Numbered from the stretch's first letter, positions 1 through 14,302 are shown. The stretch is DNA of 64,000 nt from Candidatus Binataceae bacterium (GCA_963803045.1 CAWDLC010000036.1:1545-65544); one strand, 5' to 3'. The notes: generated by a model not told the origin, from the letters alone. Made by a program: numbers and translations.

Positions 1-1557
1 CGGACTTGGTGGGCAAGGTCAGCGGCCGGCCCAAGCATTTTTACAGTATCTACCAGAAGATGAAAGCCCAGAACGTGGAATTCGAGCAGGTCTACGACGT
101 CATCGCCTTCCGCATCATCCTGGAACACGGTCAAAGACTGCTACGAGGCTCTGGGAATCATCCACTCCCTCTGGAAGCCGGTCCCGGGCCGCTTCAAGGA
201 CTACATCGCCATGCCCAAGGCCAACAGATACCAGTCTCTGCATACCACGGTGATCGGCCCCTACGGGGAGCGGGTGGAGATCCAGATCCGCACCGAAGAG
301 ATGAACCGGACGGCGGAGGAGGGCATCGCCGCCCACTGGCAGTACAAAGAAGGCAAAGGCATTGCGCCCAAAGACAGCAAGCAGTTCGCCTGGGTCCGCC
401 AGCTCCTGGAGTGGCAGCAGGACCTGCGCGACCCCCGGGAGTTTCTGGAAACGGTCAAGATCGACCTCTTCCCCGACGAGGTCTATGTCTTCACGCCCAA
501 GGGAGCTGTAAAACAGTTTCCCATCGGGTCCACCCCGGTCGATTTTGCCTACAGCATCCACACGCGAAATCGGCCACAGTGCGTGGGGGCCAAGGTCAAC
601 GGCAAGATCGTTCCCTTGCGCTACCAGCTCAAGAACGGGGACACCGTCGAGATCGTTACCGCCCCCAACCATCAGCCCAGCAAGGACTGGCTGAAGTACG
701 TCAAGACCTCCCGGGCCCGCACCAAAATCCGCCAGTGGGTCAAAGCGGAGGCCCGGGAACGTTCCGTGGACCTGGGGAGGGAGATCTGCGAGCGGGAGTT
801 CAAAAAGTACCATCTCGACTTCGCCAAAATCATCAAGTCCGAGGAGATGAAAAAGATCATCCGGGATTTTTCGCTCCAGATCCGTCGACGACCTGATGGC
901 CGAGGTGGGCTACGGAAATGTCTCCTGCCGGCAGATCGTGGGCAAGCTCATCCCCCCGGAAAAACTCGAAAAAGGAAAGAAGGAGGAATCCCGCCTCAAG
1001 CGCCTGGCGAAAAGGATCCGCCGGGAGCCCAGCGGCATTCAGATCCGGGGCATCTCAGGACATGATGGTGCGGTTCGGCAAATGCTGCAACCCCCTGCCC
1101 GGGGATGCGATCTCCGGTTACATCACCCGGGGCCGGGGAGTCACTGTGCATACGGCCGACTGCCCCAATATCCTGGGCAGTGATCCGGAGCGGCTGATCC
1201 AGGTTTCCTGGAATCTGCAAGAAAAGGCCGTCCACGCCGTCCGGGTCCGGGTGACCTGCAACGACAAGAAAGGTCTGCTCGCCGACATCAGTTCCGGCTT
1301 TGGCCTCCTCGGAAGTGAACATCGTCCGGGCCGATGTGATCACCACGGAAGACAAGAAGGCCATCTGCAACTTTGAATTGGAGGTCCGCGACCTGAAGCA
1401 CCTGCAGAACGCCTTCCGGGCGCTGAGCAAGCTCAAGAATGTCCTGAAAGTGGAACGGCTGCGGGGGTTGCCGACGGGGGAAAGGGAAGAGACAGGAGGC
1501 TGGAGCCTGAGAATCAAGTTTCGGGTTTCGAGTTTCGGGTTTCAGTTCAGAAATTGA
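1..1557 (+). CDS. relA: (p)ppGpp synthetase/hydrolase RelA/SpoT; 5'-truncated by the window edge, frameshifted
   Basis: Successive frames give GRPKHFYSIYQKM, YDVIAFRII, FKDYIAMPKANRYQSLHTT, EIQIRT, TGS (VYVFTPKG...TPVDFAY), KCCNPLPGD and ACT domain motifs. Confidence 0.95.
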
Positions 1558-1587
1558 TCTCTTCAACCCGAAACTCGAAACTCGAAA
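1519..1587. repeat. Inverted array of 7-bp units (TTTCGRG / CYCGAAA) between convergent relA and rpmB; probable bidirectional terminator hairpin
   Basis: tttcgggtttcgagtttcgggttt ... aacccgaaactcgaaactcgaaa. Confidence 0.7.
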
Positions 1588-1593
1588 TTGTCT

Positions 1594-1787
1594 TTAAACT
1601 GCTTTGATGACCAGATCCGGAACGAAGGCAGCGCGTGCAAACCCGAATGCGGCGGGGCGTCCCATTCTGGATGGCATGGACCCGCTGCAAGATTCGGGTA
1701 CCAGCGCCGTTTGGTCCGGTTGTTGGCATGGCTTACACTATGCCCTACCTGAGGTCTCTTCCCGCAGATTTCACATGCCCGAGCCAT
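1594..1787 (-). CDS. rpmB: 50S ribosomal protein L28 (frameshifted)
   Basis: [33 protein letters not shown] plus [12 protein letters not shown]...VIKAV* in adjacent frames; GGAG RBS. Confidence 0.95.
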
Positions 1788-1842
1788 CGAACTCCTCCCC
1801 ATTGAAAAATAAAGAGCAGGGGCATTTCCCCTGCTTTTCTAT

Positions 1843-1872
1843 TTTATACCACATTCCCGCAAATTCAGGCAA
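1843..1872 (-). promoter_or_regulatory. Putative sigma70 promoter of rpmB
   Basis: TTGCCT-18-TATAAA on the minus strand. Confidence 0.5.
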
Positions 1873-1988
1873 GAAATTTATTTCCCTCGCCAAGGCAAAA
1901 TGGATCTGCGTCCCCGGAAAATGAACGTTTTCCAAAACCCGATTCCGCTTCTTTTCCGGCCTCCGTCCTAAGCAGGCAGGTCCACCGT

Positions 1989-2653
1989 TCATCGATCAAA
2001 GATCTTCGCCGGGGGGTTGATCATGAATGCGTCCGGCGCTTTGGGAAAACCTTTGGCCAGAACCCGGTCGCCCTTGGATCTCCAGGCGTCCTTCGGCGTA
2101 CAGCTGGATGGCCTGCGAAAAAATCTTGTGCTCCTGCTTCAGGATCCGGGCATTCAGGGTGTCCGCCGTGTCGTCATCGTAGACCGGCACCACGGCCTGG
2201 ATGATGATCGGGCCCGTATCCGTGCCCTCATCCACAAAGTGCACCGTGCAGCCGGCAAATTTCACCCCGTAGTCCACCTCGGCCTGCCAGACATGGGTCC
2301 CCGGGAAAGCAGGAAGCAGAGCCGGGTGGATGTTCATGACCCGCATGGGGAAGGCCCGGAGAAGCACGGGGGTGATGATGCGCATGAACCCGGCCAGGAC
2401 GACCAGCTCCACCCCATGAGCTTGCAAAGCCTCCACGAGTTTTTGATCAAAATCCTCCCGTCTCTTATATCCCTTATGGCGGATGACCAGAGATGGGATG
2501 CCATGCTTCTTCGCCCGCTCCAGGGCGAAAACATCCGGAACGTTGCTGATCATGATTTTAATCTCGCGCGTCCAGACGCCCGGCTTCGATGTTGTCGATG
2601 ATCGCTTGCAGGTTCGAACCGCTTCCCGAAACCAGGACACCCAGATTCACCAT
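1989..2653 (-). CDS. purN: Phosphoribosylglycinamide formyltransferase (frameshifted)
   Basis: VLVSGSGSNLQAI, LAGFMRII, NIHPALLPAFPG, GCTVHFVDEGTDTGPII. Confidence 0.95.
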
Positions 2654-2662
2654 ATACCAACC

Positions 2663-3697
2663 TCACTCGTATTCGATGGCGCTTTTCCCTCTGCCGGCTT
2701 TGACGATTTCGCCGATGGGGTAGGCCTTCTCCTTCAAGCTCTTCAAGCGGAGAGATGATTCCTTCGGCTTCCTCGGCGGGAACGGCCAGGATCATTCCGA
2801 TCCCGTTGTTGAAAGTGCGGAGCATCTCCTCCTCGGACATATTTCCCCCTTCTTGGAGGACCTTAAAAATGGGGGGGACGGGCCAGGTCTTCCTGCGCAG
2901 ATCACCGCTTTGCACCCCGGAGGGATCACCCGGGGGATATTATCCGTGAACCCCCCGCCCGTGATATGGGCGATGCCATGGATGTGAAATTCTTTGACAG
3001 GTCGCAGGAGGGGCTTGACATAGATGCGCGTGGGTACGAGCAGCTCTTCCCCGATCGTCCGGGAAAGGCCTTTCACCCGATCCGTGACTTTCAACCCCAT
3101 CCGTTCGAAAAAAACCTTCCGGGCCAGGGAGTACCCGTTGCTGTGCAGCCCGCTGGACCCCAGGCCAATCAGTTGGTCGCCGACCGGATGGAAGAGCCAT
3201 CAATGACCTGATCCCGGTCCACCACTCCGACCGTAAACCCGGCCAGATCATACTCCCCTTTCTTGTAGAAAGAAGGCATCTCCGCCGTTTCTCCGCCGAT
3301 CAGGGCGCACCCGGCCTCCACGCATCCCCTGGCGACCCCTTTGATAATCTGGGTGGAAACCCCCAGGGAAAGCTTCCCGGTAGCCAGGTAATCCAGGAGA
3401 AAGAGCGGCTCCGCTCCCTGCACGACAATGTCATTGACGCACATGGCCACCAGGTCGATCCCCACCGTGTCGTGCTTCCCGATCATGAAAGCCACCTTCA
3501 GTTTCGTCCCCACCCCATCCGTGGAGGCGACCAGGACCGGGATTCTGGTACTTCTTGGCCTTGAAGGAAAAGAGCCCCCCGAACCCCCCGATGTCCGTGA
3601 TCACCTCCGGCCGGAAAGTTTTCCGGACCAGGGGGCGGATCAGATCTACAAACTTATTCCCGGCATCAATATCCACCCCGGCGCTTTTATAGGTCAT
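2663..3697 (-). CDS. purM: Phosphoribosylformylglycinamidine cyclo-ligase (frameshifted)
   Basis: [54 protein letters not shown]. Confidence 0.95.
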
Positions 3698-3893
3698 CCC
3701 CTCGCTTCAACGCTATTCCCCTTTCGTCAAGAAGTTCTTCCTTATATCATAAACCGCATGGGAACCAAATAGAAATTCCTGCCCTCTCAATAGATCCTCT
3801 CGTTTCATATGCGAAGCTACTGATTCCCCGTAATCCCGGGTTGATCTTTTCTTCTTGCTCGGGAGCAAGAAATTTTGGTACCAATGAATCCAT

Positions 3894-6411
3894 ATGGAAA
3901 CAAAATCCTCTCATGAGCCGCGTTCTATGTCCTCTCCCGAACTCCAACAAATCCTCGAGGCGATCGAAAAACCCCTCCTCTATGCTTCCGCGGCACGATT
4001 ATGCCAACCTGAAAACATTGAAGGCGATCGAACCGTACATGGCCCACTGGCTGGGAAAGGCCTCAGGCCTTCCTTTGAGCCCACGAAGGCAAGATTTATT
4101 CCACCGGTTGAGGACTCAGGTTACAGGGCTTCGACGGAATGGACCTGACTCTGAAAAAGGCCCGGGTACTGGAACTCCAAAAAATATTCAATGACCTCAA
4201 GTGCGACGATTCAGCTCCCCTACCCTGTCAGCTTTGGCCGACCCCCGTCGAATTTCGGCAGGACCGGAAAGATCTGCAGACTTCCATCCAGTTCATTAAA
4301 GGGGTGGGGCCCCGCCTCTCCGAAATCCTGAAGAAAAAAAACATCCGGACTGTGGAGGACGCCCTCTACTTTCTCCCCCGGGCTCTATGAGGACCGGCGG
4401 CAGATAAAGACCATCTCCCAGCTCACGGTGGGCAAGATGGAGACGGTCATCGGAACGGTCCTGACCGCCGATATGGCTTTTCACAGCCGGCGTCGCACCT
4501 TCGAAATGCTCGTGGGGGACGAAACCGGAACCCTGCTGGCGAAATGGTTCAACTTCAATCCCCGGTACATGAAGGGAAGGTTCCGCAAGGGCATGCGGCT
4601 GATTCTCTCCGGAGAGGTCCGGCTCTTCCAATTCCAGAAAGAAATCCACCACCCCGAGCTGGAGGTCCTCGAAGACGAGGCAGCGGACGCCCAGGGAGAA
4701 GCGGCTGCCGGCCAGGCGGGACCGGACGATTCTCTGAATTTCAAGCGCATCGTGCCCATCTACTCGGAGACCGAAGGGCTTTACCAGCGCCAGCGCCTGC
4801 TCCGCCGCATCCTGAAGAACGTCGTGGATCAATTCGCCGCTAAGGCCTTCAGCGGCATCCCGGATGAGGTCTGCCAGCGGCAGAAGCTCATCCCCCTGTC
4901 CGAGGCCTTGCGGCGGGCGCACTTCCCCGACCCGGAAGAAAACATCGCTCTGCTCAACGAGGGCAAATCCCCGGCCCATCGCCGGCTGATCTTCGACGAG
5001 TTCTTCTTTTTGGAACTGGGACTGGCTTTGCGTCGCAGCGGCACGTTGCTGGAAAAAGGCATCGCCTTCCCCATCCACCACCGGTACACGAAGCAGCTCC
5101 GGGATCTCCTTCCTTTTACGCTCACGCCGGCGCAGGAGCGCGTCCTGGCAGAGATTGAAGCGGATATGCGCCAACCCCACCCCATGAACCGCCTCCTCCA
5201 GGGGGACGTGGGCAGCGGCAAGACGATCGTGGCTCTGATGGCCGGTCTAATGGCCATCGAAGGAGGATACCAGGTCGCCCTCATGGCCCCCACGGAGATC
5301 CTGGCGGAGCAGCATTTTCTGGGCATCCGGCCGCTGGTGGAAGCACTGGGTCTGACGGCCTGCCTGCTCACCAGCAGCCTGAAGAAATCCGCCAAAGAGG
5401 CACTGTACGGGGAGATCAGGGCCGGGAAGATTCACATCGCCATCGGGACTCATGCCCTCATTCAGGAAGGGGTGGAGTTCCAAAAGCTAGGCCTGGCGAT
5501 CATCGATGAGCAGCACAAGTTCGGCGTAATCCAGCGAGCCACGCTGAAGAAGAAAGGGCTACAACCCCGATGTCCTGGTCATGACCGCCACGCCCATTCC
5601 CCGCACCCTGGCCATGACCATCTACGGGGATTTGGATGTTTCCATCATCGATCAGCTTCCGCCGGGCCGGGGGACCATTACGACCAGGGTATTCAACGAC
5701 AAGGAGCGATTCCGGGTGTACCGCACCATGAGGGAGGAAATTTCCAAGGGGAAACAGGCCTACGTCGTATATCCCCTGGTGGAAGAATCCGAGCGCCTCG
5801 ACCTGAAGGACGCAACGCAGATGGCCCAGCACCTGCAGAAGGACATTTTCCCGGAATTCAAGGTCGGGCTCATTCATGGACGGATGAAGAGCGAGGAGAA
5901 AGAGACGATCATGGCCGACTTCAAGGCCGGCCGTATCCACATCCTCGTTTCCACGATCGTCATCGAGGTCGGCATCGATGTCCCCAACGCCTCGGTCATG
6001 GTCATCGAGCATGCCGAAAGGTTCGGCCTCTCCCAGCTCCACCAGCTTCGCGGCCGGGTGGGCCGGGGAAAGGACCCATCCCAATGCCTGCTCATCGCTC
6101 AGTACCGCAGGACGGACGAGGCCGTGCGCCGCCTGCGGACGATGGAACAGACCACCGACGGGTTCAAAATATCCGAAGAGGACCTGGCCATCCGCGGCCC
6201 GGGTGAGCTCCTGGGAACGCAGCAATCCGGGCTTCCCGATTTTCGGGTCGCGAATTTTCTGCGGGATATCCAGCTTCTGAGTGAAGCCCGCAAAGAAGCT
6301 TTTGCGATCATCTCCCAGGACCCCATCCTTTCTCAACCCGAGCACCTCTTCATGAAAGAAACCCTGAAGGAACGCTGGAAAGGAAGGCTGGAGCTGGCGA
6401 TGATCGGATAA
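3894..6411 (+). CDS. recG: ATP-dependent DNA helicase RecG with N-terminal extension (frameshifted)
   Basis: IKGVGPR, RLLQGDVGSGKT, IIDEQHKFG, MTATPIPRTL, QLHQLRGRVGRG, DLAIRGPGE. Confidence 0.95.
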
Positions 6412-6453
6412 AGAAAAATGCCCAAAGTTTGAAGTGCTCTAAAGTGCCTAAAG

Positions 6454-8002
<1,549 letters not shown>

Positions 8003-8158
8003 GATCCTCAGGGTGAACATCCTAACGACGTGCTTGCCGTTCGGCAGGTGCCTGCCGCTGCTACAGTCCCTGAACGAGCAGTACTTCCGCACTACAACCC
8101 GCACGCACAGTTGCAACCAACGATGCTTGTTCGAACCGGTCTTCGAATCCTTCTGCTT

Positions 8159-9209
8159 TTAGCCGCCCACGAATTCTCTTTGAGGTTTACGTGCTTCTGG
8201 ATCAAGCGCTTCAGCAATTCAACCTTTTCGCTATCATCTTTGGTCAAGCAGCGGTTCCAGGTTTTCGATTTGCTTGGCGGTCTGGTAGGTGTCCGCAAAA
8301 ACCATCAGCAGGGGGATGTTCCGCTCCGAGGCTTTGGAGATGATATTGGAGGGCGGCAGAATATTATTGGTCAGGATAATCCCGGAGGTATCGCTCTCCA
8401 GAGAGGCCAGGATCATATCGGTCCGATCTCCCCCGGTGATGACCAGTTTATTCTCCTTCTTGAACAGGGGATTTTGCAGGAACACATTGGCGGACCATGC
8501 CCCGATGATAATATTCTTTACGACCCGCTTCAGCCCGCCCTCCCCGCGTAATGACTTTGGCGAAGAGACGATCGGCCAGGTAGTAGACCGAAAAGTAGGT
8601 CAGTTCGCTCTGGATAGGGAAGCACCCCGATCACCCGGATTCCCTCTTTCTGGATGGCCGGAAGATGGGTGGACTGGAATTCATCCAGGTGCTGCACTTT
8701 GTTGATGATCACCCCGGCCAGTTTGACTCCGGCCAGGTCCACATGTCTCTTCAAGAAAAGCAGGTCATCCAGGATCGAATCTTCTTCCCCGCTGACCACG
8801 ATAAACAATTTACTCCCCGTATACTTGGCCAGGGAGAGGGTGTCCAGGTGCACGGAGATCCCATAGGTCGAGGTCCCTTCCGCCTTCGATGAACAGGATC
8901 TCCTCGATCGCTCCCGATGCGGCCGATGGTCTCCAGGAGCTTCTTTTTGGGTTCCCTCCTCATCATACATATACCGGAGTTTGGAATGATCAAACCCGAT
9001 ACGACATATCCACCGGGTCTTCTTTCAAGCCGAAGAGGCTCGATAATCAGGGCCGAGTCATAATCCCATAACCGCTTTTTCCGGTAGAGCATCCTTTCCC
9101 CAAAAGGTTTGACGTAGGCGATCTTCTGGTTCAAGGCCCCGGCGATTCCCACGATGGCGCTGGTTTTCCCCGCGCTCTTCCGCATGGATGCGATGACGAC
9201 CTTATCCAT
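8159..9209 (-). CDS. AAA_26 + DRTGG domain protein, phosphotransacetylase N-terminal-like (frameshifted)
   Basis: SMRKSAGKTS P-loop, YVKPFG, VITGGDRTD (DRTGG); no PTA catalytic domain. Confidence 0.8.
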
Positions 9210-11355
9210 TTATGCCCCCTTCTTCCCGCTGGATAGCAGAATTCTTACATCCACTGCTTTGACCCCCCGCCCGTGTTCATAGACGACCAGCGGGATTGAT
9301 TTCGATGTCCGATATGCGCTCGGCAGTTTTGCAGGATCGTCCCCACCTTGATGATCGTATCCACCACGCTGTCCACATCTTTCTTCTCCTCCCCCCGGAC
9401 TCCCAGCAGAAGGGGGTAGGCGCGGATTTCTTTCACCATGGACATGATTTCTTTCCGGTTGATGGGCAGGGCCCGGAAGGCGACATCTTTCATCACTTCC
9501 ACATAGATTCCGCCCAGGCCGAACATGATGATCGGGCCAAAAGTCCGATCCCGCCGGGCCCCGATGATCGTCTCCATGCCCTTGGCCACCATCTCGGAAA
9601 TCTCCACGCCGTCGATGATGGGCGTCGGCGTTATAGGCCCGGCAATTGCGCATGATGGCCTGATAGGCGTCAATGACTTCGTTCTTGTCGTCCAGGTCCA
9701 GGGCCACTCCGCCGGCATCGCTTTTATGCAGGATATCCCGGGAAACCACTTTCATGACCACCGGGTACCCGATTTTTTCCGCTCCCCGGACGGCTTCATC
9801 CAGGTTGCGGGCGATGATACTCTGGGGAATCAGGATCCCGGCCGCTCGCATGACCGCCTGCCCTTCGTTGGCCAGCAGAAAGGACCTTCCCTCTCTCCAG
9901 GGCTCCTTCTAACACCGGTTCGATCGCCGGCACATCGATTTCGGCCTCGTCGATCGCATCGGAATGTTCCCGCAGATAATGGTAATAGGCATAGACTGAG
10001 CCCAGACAGGAGACCGCTTCGTAAACATCCCCATAAACGGCCGCATCTCGCTCTTCTTCAGAGAAATCAGGCAATTCTTCGATTTTCTTCCCCCCGAAAA
10101 TGGAGAAGACCAGGGGCTTCTTCTCCACTTTATACTTCCGGGCATTTTCCTCGATCAGGGAGGAAAGGTTCTCGGCATCAAAGACCGCGGTCTCTCCATA
10201 GAGGGCGATGACGGAGTTGAATCTCGTCCATTCTTCAGGGCTTCTTCCAGGGCGGAATGGTAATGGGAAGAGGTGGCCTGGCCGGTGAGGTCGATCGGGT
10301 TCTTGGTGGAGCCGAAATCCGGGGTCACCGGTGGAGAAGGCTTCTTTTAAGGCCGCCGTGTCATCATACAATTTGACCCCGTATTTTTCGCAGGCATCGG
10401 TGGCCATGACCCCGATCCCGCCGCCGTTGGTGATGATGACCGTATTTTCTCCCGCAGGGGAAGGGGTATTGGCCAGGAATTTGCACCAGTCGAAAGCCTC
10501 CTCCACGCTCTCCGCCCGGATCACCCCGCACTGCTTCATGATGGCGTCGAAGATTTCATCGGACCCGGCCAGCGAACCCGTATGGGAGGCCGCGGCAATG
10601 GCCCCCCGTTCGGACCGGCCGGATTTGATCACCACCACCGGGATCTTCTGGGTGGTCTTCTTCACCGCCCGGATGAACCGCTCCCCGTCCCGCACGCCTT
10701 CGATATACATCAGAATAATTTTGGTGTGCTCATCGGTCACCAGATATTCCAGGAGGTCGGCTTCATCCACATCGGTCTTGTTGCCCACCGATACGATGGC
10801 CGACAGGCCGATATTTTCCACCGTGGTCTTGCCGATCATGGCAATCCCCAGGGCCCCGCTCTGGGTAATGATGGCCACCCTTCCCGGGATTGATCCGCGA
10901 GCTGCCGAAGGTGGCGTTTAAGGAAGCCGCCGCCGAATAGATCCCGAAGATGTTGGGTCCCAGGACCCGCATCTGATGCGTCATTGGCGTAGGAGACGAT
11001 TCTCCTTTCCTCCTCGTTATTCCCCATCTCGGAGAACCCGGAGGAGATGATCATCAGGTATTTCACCTTCTTGCGGGCGCAGCTCTTGACCGCTTCGTAC
11101 ACGAATTTGGCCGGGATCACGATACTGGCCACATCCACCGGCCCGTTGATTTCCTCGATGCTCCGGTAGGCTTTCAATCCCAGGATTTCCCCCCCCTGGG
11201 GGTTGACCGGATAGACCTTGCCCCGGTAAGCCCCCGGCTACGATATTGTTAAGAATCTTGTAGCCGATTTTATTCTCGTCCCGGGCCGCTCCGATGACGG
11301 CAATGCTTTGCGGCTCGAACAGGTATTTGATATCTGGATTTGGATCTCCCATCAT
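9210..11355 (-). CDS. Acetate/acyl-CoA ligase (ADP-forming), fused alpha/beta (frameshifted)
   Basis: LFEPQSIAVIGA, ISSGFSE, VLGPNIFG, ITQSGALG, AASHTGSLAG (catalytic His present), GYPVVMKVVSRDILHKSDAGGV ATP-grasp. Confidence 0.9.
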
Positions 11356-13251
11356 TCCTCTCGGAAAGCCATTTTCAATTCGTACACCCCTTGTTCACTT
11401 CTCTTCTGGATGTCAAAGCCCATTTTTTCAAAAAGATGGAGCATGGGCCGATTTTCCACCAGCACTTCGGCCGTAAACCCTAAAAGCCCCTCTCTCTTGG
11501 CCAGGTAGGTCAGATAGGACAGCAGTTCCGTGCCAATCTCCTGATTCTGATTTTCGTCCCTCACCACCAGGGCGACCTCGGCCGTATGAGCGTTTTCGCT
11601 CTTACCATATTGCCCCACCGCCAAGACTTTCTCTTTTTCCCCCTCCTTTACCGTTGCCAGGATGGTCATTTCTTTGGTATAATCGATGATGACGAACTCC
11701 TGCAATCGCTCATGGGGCATATCTTTGCGCAAGGAGATGAATCGGCGGTACAGGCTGTTGTCGGAAAGGGAATAAAAGAAATCTTTCAATAGGGGCTCAT
11801 CGCTTATCTTCACCGGCCGCAACAGGATCGGAAATCCCTTGCTGGTCGTCCGGAAGGTCTCCAGGTGTTCCGGATACTCCCCCCGCTTCCCGGGGATGAA
11901 GGCCTGGTCCCGGTAGATCAGATTCGCCTCTTTGGCTTTTTCGATCAGCCAGGGCCTGAATTTGGGGTGGGCGATGGAGATCAATTCCATGGCCCTTTCC
12001 CGGATGTTTTTCCCGTGAAGATAGGCGATCCCGTATTCCGTGACCACATAATGGATGTCCCCCCGGATTAAGGTGACCCCCGCCCCTTCTCGGAGAAAGG
12101 GAACGATCCGGGAAACTTTTCCCCATTCCGCCGTGGACTGGATGGCCAGGATGGATTTTCCCCCCGGGGCCAGCACCGCCCCCCTCATAAAATCGGCCTG
12201 GCCCCCGATGCCGCTGTAGAAGGTTTTTCCCAGGGATTCGGCGGTGGCCTGTCCGGTAAGGTCGATTTCCAGGGCGCTGTTGATGGCCGTCATATTTCTC
12301 AGCCGGGAGATCGTCAGCGGGTTGTTGGTATAGTCGATGGTCCGGAATTCAATGGCCGGGTTATCATGGATGTATTCGTAGGTCTTTTGATGTCCCATGC
12401 AAAAAGTGGTGACGGTTTTGCCCCGATTGAGGTCTTCCGGGAGTTATCGATCACGCCTTTTTTCATCAACTCGACGATCCCATCGGTCAGCAATTCGGTA
12501 TGGACTCCCAGATGCTTCTTATCGCCGAAATTGGAGAGGATGGCGTTGGGCAGGCTGCCGTAGCCGACCTGAATCGTATCCCCGTCCTGAACGATGCGGG
12601 CCACATACTTCCCGATTTGCTGGGCGACTTCATCCGGGGCCACCACCTCGTATTCCAGCAGGGGTTCATCATGGCAGATGATGAAGTCCACGTCTTTGAT
12701 GTTGATAAACCCATCCCCGTGCACCCGGGGCATATGGTTGTTGACCTGGGCAATGACCAGGGAGGCCTTCTCCACGGCTGCCTTCACAATATCCACACTG
12801 ACTCCCAGGCTCATATATCCATGCGCATCCGGGGGCGAGGTCTGGATCAGCGCCACGTTGATGGGCACCAGCCCCCGGTATATTAAAGCTGGGGACATTG
12901 GACAGGAAGATGGGGGTGTAGTCGGCCAGTCCCCGGTTCACCGCTTCTCTGGAGTTGTTGCCGACAAAGAAAGAGTTGTGGCGGAAATTATATTTGAATT
13001 TTTCATCCGTGTACGGAGCGACCCCCAGGGTCCAAACATGGATCACTTCCGCATCGAAGAAAGCCTTGGGGTTGGATTCGACAAAATGAATCAGGGCCTG
13101 CACCAGATACTGGGGCTCCCCGCAGGCGGTATGGATAAAGATCCGGTCCCCCCGATGGATGTGGCTGAAGATCTCTTCCTCGGGGACGAATTTCTGGGGA
13201 TAGACCTTCTTGATCTCATCACAATTTCCATTCTCGCATTCCCAAGGCCAT
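11352..13251 (-). CDS. Acetyl-CoA hydrolase/transferase family protein fused to a C-terminal GNAT domain (frameshifted)
   Basis: TACGEPQ, ADYTPIFLS, LGVHTE (catalytic Glu), SGIGGQADF, VVTEYGIA; then LLRPVKISD...SLYRRF...AEVALVVRDENQNQEIGTELL GNAT. Confidence 0.9.
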
Positions 13252-13476
13252 CCGAACGACTCCTTATTCCCTCGGTCTATGCCCGCGCCGAAGTTTTCGA
13301 ATCCAGCACCCCCGAAAATGAACCGAATCCAAATTTGCTTTTCTCTTTCCATTTTTCCATCAAACCCCTAAAGCCGTCAAGGGGAAAGGCCGAGCTCGGA
13401 TTGCGGCTGGACGGAATTCAGGGTTGACGCTCGGATTTTCTCATTCCGCATTCCGAAATTCGCCATCCCCAATCTC

Positions 13477-14072
13477 TTACTCCTCGGCGTAGATCACGTC
13501 GATGGCTAAGGCATTTTTTTTGCCCACCGCCCGGAACGCATGGGGGAAGCTGGAATCAAAATACAGGCTATCGCCGGGCTCCAAAGGAATGTTTCATCTT
13601 CGTAGTTAAATTCCAGCTGCCCATCTAAAACAAAGACAAACTCTTCCCCTTTGTGGTTGAAGAAGATCAGATCTTCTTTCTTCTTCACTTCAAACTGGAC
13701 ATGAAAGGGTTCCATGTGTTTGTCCGCTTTGGGATAGGCCAGGGATTCATAATAATATCCCACCTTGGAAGGGTCTTCATGGATGCGCCGGAAAATTTGC
13801 TTGCGCTCGTTCTTGCGCACGATCACCGCCCTCTTCCCCGATTCCTCCTCCTGGAAAAAATAACCGATGTTCACGTTCAGGGCCCTGGAAATTTTCAGCA
13901 GAGTCGCCACCGGAGGCGCCACCACTTCGCTTTCAATCTGGGAGAGAAGCGGTACGGAAAGGCTGGATTTCTCCGCCATCTGCTGCAGGGACAGCCCCTT
14001 CCGCTGCCGTAAGGTTTTGATCTTCTGCCCTAAATTGAGATCTTTCAGCTCTTCCTTCACATCCTGGGTCAT
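13477..14072 (-). CDS. XRE-family HTH + cupin transcriptional regulator (one frameshift near the 3' end)
   Basis: LGQKIKTLRQRKGLSLQQMAEKSSLSVPLLSQIE; YYYESLA..KHMEPF..HKGEEFVFVLDG cupin. Confidence 0.9.
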
Positions 14073-14273
14073 TTTTTCCTCCCTTTAACCTTCCTGGGAC
14101 CCTCAAAAGTAACCCCAGAGACCCCAGAGAAATTAGCCTTTTCAGAACGCTTAAAGATGTCTTCTTCCTATGATCGACTCTTTTTAAGGACCCAGAGTAT
14201 TTCTCTGAGACCTCTGTGGTTCCAAGGGTATGTCGGGAATGATCCGCATCGCTGAAAACCTCAACGATTCTCA

Positions 14274-14302
14274 AATCTAACTCGATGTTCAAAAATTTTC
14301 AA
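14274..14302 (-). promoter_or_regulatory. Putative sigma70 promoter of the XRE-cupin gene
   Basis: TTGAAA-17-TAGATT on the minus strand. Confidence 0.5.
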
